A stretch of DNA of 64,000 nucleotides from the human T2T-CHM13v2.0 reference genome, Homo sapiens. The stretch lies in NCBI RefSeq assembly GCF_009914755.1, contig NC_060925.1; one strand, given 5' to 3'. A program made the translations under genes and the position numbers. The first letter of the stretch is position 1. Every line of letters begins with the position of its first letter. The notes below the pieces were generated by a model. The model was not told the DNA's origin. It searched no databases and saw nothing but the letters and a program-made list of their open reading frames with translations. Shown in pieces: positions 1 through 10,271 of this stretch.

Positions 1-441
1 GAAGGATGGATGAATAAAACAGATAAAGGACAGAACTCTGATGGGAGGAGGGGTTACACAGAGCACAGTTTTAAATGCACGTTTTTATTCTGAGTTCTGA
101 TTCTGCCCAAGTAACAATGCCGTTCCTCTCAGTCAGTAACTGTGGCTTCCAGGAAGTATAACTGCTTGAGCACAGGACATTATTATTCAATTTACATCGA
201 CCAAGCAGAGACTGCCTGATGACATTGTAGATAGACGGTATTTGTGGCTTTGAGACTAATGATTTGAGTTTTTCTCCTAGTTTAGGTTTGTGTCCTTACG
301 AGCATGTCAGAGCTGTGGTCAAATCTAAGTAGCTCCAATATCAGAGAGTAGAAGTAAGTTTTCCTTGAGTATTACAACAATGCCAGCCAGCCGCTGTGTT
401 CAGTTCCCAAAAATGAAAGAAATATTGGAGACCATCTAGTC

Positions 442-1003
442 TAGTGGTTTTCAGCTGAAGGTGATTGTTCTCTTCCAGAAGCCACTTGGCAATCTCTGGC
501 GACATTTTTGATTGATAATTAGCTTGTCTTAGTGTGGACTGGTACAACAAATTACCATAGACTGGATGGTTTAAACAATAAAAATGTATTTCTCATAGTT
601 CTGGAGGCTGGAAAATCCAAGATCAGGCTTCCAGCATTGTTGGGTTCTCGGGAGGCCTTCTTCCTGGTTTGCCGATTGCCATCTTCTTGCTGTGTCTTCA
701 CAAGGCAGAGAGCAGAGAGAGAGGAAGCAAGGCACTAATCTCATTATGAGAGTTCCACCCTCATGACCTAATCATCTCCCAAAAGCCTCATCTCCAAACA
801 CCATCACATTAGGGATTAGGGTTCAACATATGAATTTAGGGGGAACACAGGCTTTCAGTCTATAGCGCAGAGGATGCTCCTGGCATGTAGTGAGTAGTGG
901 CCAGGGCTGCTGCTAAGTATCCCCCCATACACAGAACATCCTCCTGCTATAAAGAATTATCTGTCCCAAAATGTCAACAGTATTGCAGTCAAAAAGAACT
1001 TCT
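442..1003 (+). mobile_element. MER20 hAT-Charlie DNA transposon, split by an MLT1 LTR
   Basis: tagtggttttcagctg...tggcaatctctggcgacatttttg on the left; ctggcatgtagtgagtagtggccagggctgctgctaa...aagaattatctgtcccaaaatgtcaacagt on the right. Both match the recalled MER20 consensus. Confidence 0.8.
525..867 (-). mobile_element. MaLR solo LTR, MLT1A-type
   Basis: tgtcttagt...catagactggatggtttaaacaa...tttctcatagttctggaggctggaaaatccaagatcagg...ttcagtctatagc is a typical reverse-oriented MLT1A/A0. Confidence 0.85.
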
Positions 1004-2634
1004 AATTCAGTTCATATTTTTCCCAAAGTAGAATTCGTCTACAGTGACCTTGATATGGAATTTTCCAGCTTCTGGTTGAATATGTCCAGAGATTTAGTAC
1101 TAGCTCACTCTTTCACTACTGAATGCTAGCTTAGTTGCTTGTTTTTGGTGCCCCAGAATGCTGAATGCATATTATCACATTGTTTCATAATTACATGATT
1201 TTTGTGTCTCATCTATTACAGGATGAGCTCCTTGAAAAGCTAATCATATTTCATACTCATCTTTGCATTATCGGCTTCTGCATAATGCTTGGTACTGAAA
1301 ATATCACTTAATAACTATTCGGTGAATAAACAAATGAAAGATGAGAAGTCTTTCATTTTAAGTTACATCCTATCTTTAGACTGGAAATCTCATGCTTATG
1401 TTCTACCCATTGAAAGTTTTCTCTTGGACTGGAGATGGAAGAGACAGACCACTTGTTGCACCACTCTATCTTGCCCTTTGCCTCAAGGCTGTCCTTGTGA
1501 GTTTGGGAACTATACATATTCTTAGTTTGAACTTTTCTCTCATTGGAAGTAAAACTTTCCATAAAAGTGCCAAAACTGGGGGCAAATGGAAAGCATTTTA
1601 TCATCAACAAGTTTAATTTGCTGAGTGCTTTGCATTAAAATCACTGAAGTGAGTTGGGCTGGCCAATTCCCAAACTCTATTGCCAAACCGAGAGGCACTT
1701 TCTCATCCTTCCTTTAAATGGCAATGAGCCATTGGATCGCTGAACTTGGACCTATATTGGAAGGAAGAATAGAGTATGAAAACCAATTTTCCCATGGGGT
1801 TGAAAAGGCCAGAGTGACTTACCATACTTTTCCAACTCTAGTTTAAAGTCTGTAAATAATAATGTAACTCACATTTGTAAAGAGCTTATATAAGCCTTAG
1901 ACATCTGTCCTATCTTTTTTAAAGAAAATATGGGAGCAAACAATTTCTTCTATTAAAACACTAATATATTGTGGCACAGAATGCAACACTGGCATGATAT
2001 TTTAAGATAGAATTATCTTCAAAGAAACTCTGCATTCGTGACGGAGTGCTTAGAGCTATATTTCCGGACCATTCTCTCACTTATGTTTGTAAGTGAAGTT
2101 AATGGAAAATTTGACATGATCTAGCACACATTTTCTCTTTTAATTTCACAGTTCATCTTTTTCCTCTTTCTGGAATTTTCTTTTACCCTCTCTCATTCAT
2201 TCTTCAAACACACTCTTATTCTCTAAAGCTCAACTCAAATATCACTTTCTCTTTGAAGATTTGTTTGATTCCCCAAGCACTGGCTCCCTTTTCCAGGTTT
2301 CACCTGCTTATATTCAACCACTTCTCAAACTATGTTGTAATAGGCTGCTTAAATATCCTTCTTTCCTGATAGACAGGGATCTCCTAAAGGAAGGGGATCA
2401 TATTTTATCTTCTACTTCTTTTATGGCATCCTTTCTATAGAAACAACCTGCAAGAACTTAACCTTATAATTTGGCCATAGTGAGAAACTTCTTTCTCAAT
2501 ATTCCCAAGACACTCTGATCATATTTATTTCTGATTTGTTTCTTTCGATTAATTAATTTTTACTTGATCAATATACATTTACTGAGGTTCTAGTGTTAAT
2601 TAGGCCCTGTGGATGGTTATACAAATAATAAAGG

Positions 2635-2800
2635 ACTGAAATATATGAAGCACCTCCCCTGTGCCAAACACCATGCTAGCATTTAATAAATATCTTCTTA
2701 TTTAATTCCTACCACACCATGAGAGGTACTATTGTTACTAGTTTGCAGATAAGGAAACTAATGTCTATGTATTTAAGTCACTTGTTCAGGGTCACACAGA
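2635..2800 (-). mobile_element. MIR SINE fragment
   Basis: tgtgccaaacaccatgctagc...tttaattcctaccacaccatgagaggtac...gcagataaggaaact...aagtcacttgttcagggtcacacag (MIR core). Confidence 0.75.
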
Positions 2801-2949
2801 TGATATTTATATTTTATGGAAGTTTTAATTTAACTGAGACAATATAACATGCACACACATGACACACAAACACAAGTACTTTTTTGGGAAAGAGTTATTT
2901 TTTATGTGCCGAAGCTGAAGCGTAGTAAAATGAACAGAAGTTTTGGGTT

Positions 2950-3438
2950 GTGTATCATGGTCTGTAACCCAATAGCGCATGACTAAATACCGGATACAAT
3001 ATGGTTTTCTTTCTACATCCATTCTCCATCAGAATACTCCCATCCCTGTGCCTCCTCATGGGTTCTGTGAGGCTGATCTCCAAGTACTGCATCTCTCAGG
3101 CTGTCCTGCTATCTGTTTTCTGTTGGGTTTGGGGAATAGGAAGCATCAGAGAAAGGTAAAGAATTCAAGGTATTCCTTCACCTTCCCCTAACTTCTTACA
3201 AACTACTGGGCCAGGCCTTAAAGAGCTCTCTTCTCTTGGGAGCTGGGTGGGAGAGTGTGGCTCTCTTATAAGCATAACTTTTACCAAGTTCTTATAATAG
3301 CTTCCTCCCCTTGTCCTTTCAGGCATGAGGGTGTTAATACTTCTTAGATAGAAACTTTCAGGAGCAGAGTACCTTCATTCAACTGTCTTCACATAGCCCA
3401 CTGAGTGTGCCATCTACGTTGAGACAGAGACTGACACA
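2950..3438. mobile_element. ERVL-class solo LTR (LTR33/LTR16-like)
   Basis: TG...CA ends (tgtatca / gactgacaca); internal ttctgttgggtttggggaataggaagcatcag and gagtgtgccatct motifs. Confidence 0.55.
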
Positions 3439-4535
3439 CCTTTGTCTGAGCCTCAATAGTCCCATCTGTTAAATGGGTATAGTAACATGTAATTCAGAGA
3501 AATTTTGCGAAGATAAATAATATATGTTAAAAGTACTTCGAAAACTTAAAAGTACCAACATTTGTAATCATAAACTTATTTTTCAGTTCTATAGAATTCA
3601 TACTTTCATTTATCAAATATCTACTGAGGACCAATTATGAGTAAGACCCTATGCTAAATGCTGAGGAACTCTGTTGAGCAGAGATTTAATTAGAGGGGAA
3701 GAGACTCCTTTAGGGTAAGTGAGGGAGGAGAGAACTCAATAAAAATAAAGAGATGACCAGGTCCTTAAAGAATAGTATATTTTATAGGTGAAGTTGGGGA
3801 AGGGGGGATAAGGCATACTAGGGGAAGGGAAATGTGTGTGGGAATGTTTAGAGGTAGGGGAGAGAAAGGCATATTTGTCATGAGTGAGTAAACCATTTTC
3901 ATGGGGGATAAGGCTGGGAATGCAGTGATTTTCAAGGTCTTTGTAAAGAGTAATTGCATCCTCTAGGATGAATAAGAGGAAAATGAATTCCAATATATCT
4001 TAATATCTTTTTCCTACTGTGGGATTTGCCCTGTGAAAAGCTCTGCATTGAAAAATAAGTGATCCAGTGGGATTTGGATGTCTTTACAGCATGATTCGAT
4101 TGATTGTACTAATGGATTTTGCAGCAGATTGGATATTAAAATGGTCAAGAAAGGATTTGATTGAAAATCACTAATTTCGACCAACTGATACCTTTGTCAA
4201 CAAACATTCATTGAACTTCTACTATGTAATATGCTCTTGGGCCCCAAGGAGGTTAAAAAGCAAACAAACAAATAAACAAAACCCAAAACTAAAGAAAAAA
4301 CCAACCATTCATCGAAGTTCATCGACATGGGATCCTCCACATGCCCTTGCTTCTGCCATTCCCTGACATGTGCTTTTAGAATCAAGCACAGGGCATGAAA
4401 CATATTTGGTAGATACACAATAGAAGTATATGTACACAATAGAAATGTATTTGGTTTATACACAATAGAAGTACATAATTTTTCCCTTTTAATCTAATAC
4501 ATAAATGAATGCCTCACTTAAGATATAATCTAGAG

Positions 4536-4744
4536 CAGAGCTACCCGATAGAACTTCTCTGTGATAAAAAAAAAAATGTTCCACTTTGGTGCTGTCCAAC
4601 AAGGGAGTAACTGGCTACACAGGGCTATTGAGAACTTGAAACAATGCAATTGAGGACTGAATTTTAAATTCTACTGAATATTTAATACAAATTTAAATTT
4701 AAACAGCCGCATTTTATTAGTGGCTGCTGTATTGAACAGTACAA
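4536..4744 (+). mobile_element. MER3 hAT-Charlie element with 8-bp TSD
   Basis: cagagctacccgatagaacttctctgtgata...gtgctgtccaa...tagtggctgctgtattgaacagtaca; flanked by atctagag (4528-4535) and gtctagag (4745-4752), the Charlie NTCTAGAN target. Confidence 0.8.
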
Positions 4745-6042
4745 GTCTAGAGAGAAGTGTTTTATAAATAGCAAATAAAACTCTTTCTCCCTGTCTTCAT
4801 AACACTCCACAGTTGCTGAAGCTCTTTTCCAACCAGTCTAATTGCTATGTTTGAGCTATAATGTGGACTGAGGTTCTAGGAAATCTCCAATCACTCCTAT
4901 CCTGTTGTTCCACGTTTAAAGTTCTGTTTAATCCATCTTTACTTATCTCTGTCCTGAAATGGTGAAATGGGGGTAGCAGAAGATGATTTCCCAATTGTAA
5001 TCATTGTGATTTCTTGCATGTATTTACACCTGCTGCTATTAAAATACCACTGCCTTATTTAGTAGCCCCTGTAGTCATTCTAACTAATCACAAAAAGGCT
5101 TGGTTAGCCTTTAAGTATGCTCAGACATAGTTGCTGGGTGACTAGGCAAATGAACAAAAAGTTCAGAAGTTCAAAACAAAAAGTTCAAAGCCTTTTCAAA
5201 GTAAGCATCATAACATTATGCAACCTCAAACTGCCCACCATTGACACATCTCAGGGTCAGAACCTATATTGCACTGAAGCAAGCCTCAAAAAATCTAAGG
5301 AAAAGATATTATGTATCTAGTTTTTCTAGTCTTATTAAACTATTTTGTGGTTCTCTGCATATTCCACATTTTTCCATGTGACTACTTCTGTGCAAATTCT
5401 GTTTCTCTAGGCAGGGATACCCCTCATCTCCTTGGTTGACTGACAGACTTCAGTTCGGGTTGTGCTTCAAGAACCAGCACAAATGGCACCTCCTTTATTC
5501 AGTTATTTACCTGAACTCCCACAATAGAGTGAAATTTGCACATACCTTAATCAGAACAAATGGATTTCTGTAGATATTCCTTGGATTTGTTATGGATTTA
5601 TGCTTGTGCATCATGAGCCTATTGAAGGTAGGGGCTGTGTTCTGTTAATCTTTTTTTTCCCAATACTTATCAAAGAGCTAAATAATGATTCATTCAAAGT
5701 TCATGGACAGAATAGATTGCAAGTTAGTTGTTGTTTCTATGTATTTATACAGTAATGAGTGATTGAAGTAATCCAGAAGAGATAGTCCCCAAATGTTTGG
5801 GTCATACACTAGAATATATTATATGATTTAAAAAATTTTGCCTTTTAAAATGTATTTTGTTGGGGATAATATTAAAATTTCTTCATTGGTAAGTAATAAT
5901 ACCTCGAGTCTCAAAGCTTTGAGCTCCAACTAATTTGATTAACCAGAAATACAGCTTTATTACTTACCCTTCTACAACTACCTGCCGTAGATTCTTACAT
6001 TCAATTATTCTGGCTGAGTATTGCAGAGGAGACACGATTTTC

Positions 6043-6046
6043 TTTT

Positions 6047-6081
<35 letters not shown>

Positions 6082-6915
6082 TTTTATTATTATTATACTT
6101 TAAGTTTTAGGGTACATGTGCACAATGTGCAGGTTAGTTACATATGTATACATGTGACATGCTGGTGTGCTGCACCCATTAACTCGTCATTTAGAATTAG
6201 GTATATCTCCTAAAGCTATCCCTCCCCGCTCCTCCCACCCCACAACAGTCCCCAGAGTGTGATGTTCTCCTTCCTGTGTCCATGTGTTCTCATTGTTCAA
6301 TTCCCACCTATGAGTGAGAACATTCAGTGTTTGGTTTTTTGTTCTTGTGATAGTTTACTGAGAATGATGATTTCCAGTTTCATCCATGTCCCTACAAAGG
6401 ACATGAACTCATCATTTTTTATGGCTGCATAGTATTCCAGGGTGTATATGTGCCACATTTTCTTAATCCAGTCTATCATTGTTGGACATTTGGGTTGGTT
6501 CCAAGTCTTTGCTATTGTGAATAGTGCTGCAATAAACATACGTGTGCATGTGTCTTTATAGCAGCATGATTTATAGTCCTTTGGGTATATACCCAGTAAT
6601 GGGATGGCTGGGTCAAATGGTATTTCTAGTTCTAGATCCCTGAGGAATTGCCACACTGACTTCCACAAGGGTTGAACTAGTTTACAGTCCCACCAACAGT
6701 GTAAAAGTGTTCCTATTTCTCCACATCCTCTCCAGCATCTGTTGTTTCCTGACTTTTTAATGATTGCCATTCTAACTGGTGTGAGATGATATTTCATTGT
6801 GGTTTTGATTTGCATTTCTCTGATGGCCAGTGATGGTGAGCATTTTTTCATGTGTTTTTTGGCTGCATAAATGTCTTCTTTTGAGAAGTGTCTGTTCATG
6901 TCCTTCGCCCACTTT
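6043..6915 (-). mobile_element. 5'-truncated L1 (L1PA3-like): ORF2 C-terminus, 3'UTR and (AAAT)n tail
   Basis: ORF 6324..7004 encodes the L1 ORF2p C-terminus ([12 protein letters not shown]...[18 protein letters not shown]). The 3'UTR has the ancestral GAG diagnostic (aactcgtcattt on +). Confidence 0.95.
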
Positions 6916-9483
6916 CCCACAATTGTCCATATAAAAAATCTACTACTAAAATGTAAATTCCATAAGAACAGATATTCTCTTTTTTGAGTTTTGATTGCTG
7001 ACAAAAATCCATGATCTAGAACAGTACTTTGTACCTTTTAATCACTCAATACATAGCTTGTATTAAAATTAATTAATAAATATAACCAAAGTTTTCTGTA
7101 TCTTTACAACTTTTCATTCCACCATCCTCTACAGTCACCATACCCTTTTTGGAATGGAGAGCCAACTCTTCCATTATCATGCTGCCACTCACAAATTGCT
7201 GCCTATGTCTTGGCCTGGGCCCTTCCTGACCTCCTCTAGACAACGGCACCCCATCTCTCTCAGGCAAGTGTTCATCCTCTTCTTACTTCTCCCCTGCATC
7301 TACCTCTGGGATTCCTTCACCGGGTCAACTCTTTCCATTTGACAAGGCCAGTTCTTCCAGTGGGGGCTTCTAAAATAGAGCTGATGTGCCCTAGTGACAC
7401 TGTTTTCCTCTTCAAATGAGTCTTCTTCCCAGAATACACAGGTGACTCAAGTTAATGCTGGTAAGGGATGCTCTAGATGTGAGCATGCTCGAACAGAATC
7501 TGCTAGTGTAAGTGAAACCACAGCTGTCTCCAACAGTCAGTTTCCTTCTGCCAGGCTACTTCTCTTAGTGTGATTTTTCTCTCAGGAAACTTAATTTATT
7601 CTCCATCAGTTCAGCTGTCTTCACAAAGCTCCAGTTTAGTGTACAGCTATGGGTCTGGATTTAAGCTGTCTTTCATGAGGCTCCAGGGCCACATGCAAAT
7701 CAAAACATGTGTTCGGATATCTGTTTGTGTTCTTTCCAAGTTTGGCCTTCTCAAAGAATTCAGGTTATCCCAAGTGTGGCTCATGGAGTAAAAGCATGCA
7801 GGGAGGTGAAATTGAAAGCCTTTGTAGGTGCTTAGTAAGAAAACCCATTATGTGGGCTGAGTTCAGAATTGGAGCGGCATGGGACCCATTACATTCCCCA
7901 TTATAGTTTGTCATGAACCAAAGTCCAGAAATTAGAAGACAAGTTTACTGGATAGAAGCTTTCTACAATAGTGCCCAGAAATTTGCTGGGCTATTAGAGT
8001 CACTTAGGAGTCTTCAAAATACAAGCACATTTCTGGGACATACCAGGATCTCTTCATAGTTATGGAGCTTTATAGGTATCTCCCCATCCCCTGTGCTTTG
8101 GGAGCCTGGTCACAGAATGCCTCTAGGGTGGTGCCTCTTAACTCATACATATGGAACACATAGAAATTAATAATGCTTAATGTTTACATAGCACACTGGA
8201 ATGAAGGAACACAGTAGGCTGCCCTGAAGCAACCACCCAAGGGGCCTTCAGCCACTCCAGAATCAATATGGCTTCCCAGCTTGCTGAGAGGATTACTCAT
8301 AAATGACACTGCATAGGCCCACTAGGGAAACTTTGGTTTAAGGAAAGTGTGACCTAACTGAACCCCCCAGCTACTAAATATCAGATCTGAATAAAGCCAC
8401 ATTAGCTTCTTAGATCTGTATTCCCTGAATATTTCCTTAAAGAGAATGGAAGACAGTTGGAAAATAGTGGATGGAAGGTCACTCCAAAGTAAAGTGTTTT
8501 CCATGGATACATCCGCAAAAAGATAATTTGCATGAAGATAAATATATAATTGGAACTTATATGATAATACCTTATTTTAATAAGTGTTGCTCAAAAACTT
8601 CAAGTTCGAACTCCTTACCTTGGTATTCAAAGTTCTCCATGTTGGTGACTATTTTTCTAAATGTATCTCTTTCTTTTCCTTTTTAAATACCCTAAATTCC
8701 AGCTAAAAGAGCTTTCATGTATTTACCAATGGAATTTTGGTAGTTTTCAACAAATGTTTTGTTTTATGCTCAAACTTATTTCACTCCTACATTGCTCATC
8801 CTTCAAATTTCATTGTTCTCATTGAGAATTTTCTGATTTCTCCAGCCAGAAATCATCTTTCTGTCTTTTGAACTATTACAATCTCTTTTCTGGGCCTCTA
8901 TTCTACTTCGCACATACTATGTTGTATTATAGCTATTTGCACATGATCTGGTCAGTCAGAATCAAACAGGCTTAGGTTTAAATTTAGTATTTTCCACTTT
9001 TTAGATGGATGACCTTGTAAATTTCCTGAGCTGTAATTTCTTACGCTTACATATGTTAAGTATAAAAATATCTACCCTGCTGTAAACCATTGGCAAAAAG
9101 GCCTCAATTTTCAAACCTGTATCTTTGCTCTTTGCACTGTGACTTTGTAGCTCATTCATCAATAGGCAGAGTCTGTTTCCCTACTCCCTGAGTTTAAACT
9201 GTTCTTGAGATTTGCTTTAGCCAACAGAATATGACAGATGTGAAAGGTTCCAGTTCTGAACATAGGCCCCTAGAGTCAAGAGACCTTGTGGACTCCCATT
9301 TGCTCTCCTAGAATCATGTTCAACTGTCATGTGAACAAGCCAAGGCTACCTTCCTAAAGCATGAGAGACCACATGGAGCAGAGATGAGCTGTCTCAATTG
9401 AGAATATTGTAGATCAGCCAGATCCCAGCTAATTCACCAGCAGATGTATGAGGGAACATAGCTGAAATGAGAAGAATCATCCA

Positions 9484-9810
9484 CTATATATATGTATGTA
9501 TGAATATACATATATATGTATGTATGATATACATATATATGTATGTATGAATATACATATATATGTATGTATGATATACATATATATGTATGTATGAATA
9601 TACATATGTATGTATGAATATACATATGTATGTATGATATACATATATATGTATGTATGATATACATATATATGTATGTATGAATATACATATATATGTA
9701 TGTATGAATATACGTGTATGTATGAATATACGTGTATGTATGAATATACATGTATGTATGTATGAATATACATGTATGTATGTATGAATATACATATATA
9801 TGTATGTATA
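9484..9810. repeat. AT-rich minisatellite, 20-24 bp unit TATATATGTATGTATGA(A)TATACA, about 14 copies
   Basis: Directly visible tandem array with unit-length variants. Confidence 0.95.
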
Positions 9811-10089
9811 TTCTTATGCAAGCTAAAGTTTGGGAACCACCAACTAAAACAACCATATGCATGTATGTATGTATGTATGTATGTATGTATATACATATAC
9901 CTACATGCATGCATACAAAGTCCAATATATATATTGGACTTACGAAGTATGCAAACTTGCATGCATACTACAAAGTCCAATATATATATTGGACTTTCAG
10001 TCCTCTGTGTGTATACACACACACGTGCGCACGCGCGCATGCGCACGCACGCGTCTGTAAACACATACATACATATGGCTTTTTTAAGT

Positions 10090-10271
10090 TGGTGGTTTCC
10101 AAACTTTAGCTTGCATCAGAATCACTTCGGGTGTTTGTTACAATAGACCAATGAGCTCCCAGAGTTTCTGATTTAAAGGTCTCGCATGGAAGTTCCTAAA
10201 TTTGCGCTTCCAGTAAATTCCCACGTGATGCTGATGCAGGTGGTCCGGGTACCACATTTTGAGAATGACTG
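10090..10271 (+). mobile_element. MER5A hAT-Charlie element
   Basis: gtggtttccaaactttagcttgcatcagaatcac...cccagagtttctgattt...gtgatgctgatgcaggtggtccgggtaccacattttgagaatgactg. Confidence 0.85.

Noticed and set aside
6324-7004. 226-aa ORF, and related ORFs at 17476..18030 and 62136..63988, as host genes
   Set aside because: They are C-terminal L1 ORF2p fragments of truncated elements, not independent CDS.
9434-10146. Six overlapping ORFs rich in Y/I/H/T/M/C/V
   Set aside because: Translations of a stop-poor TA/TG minisatellite.
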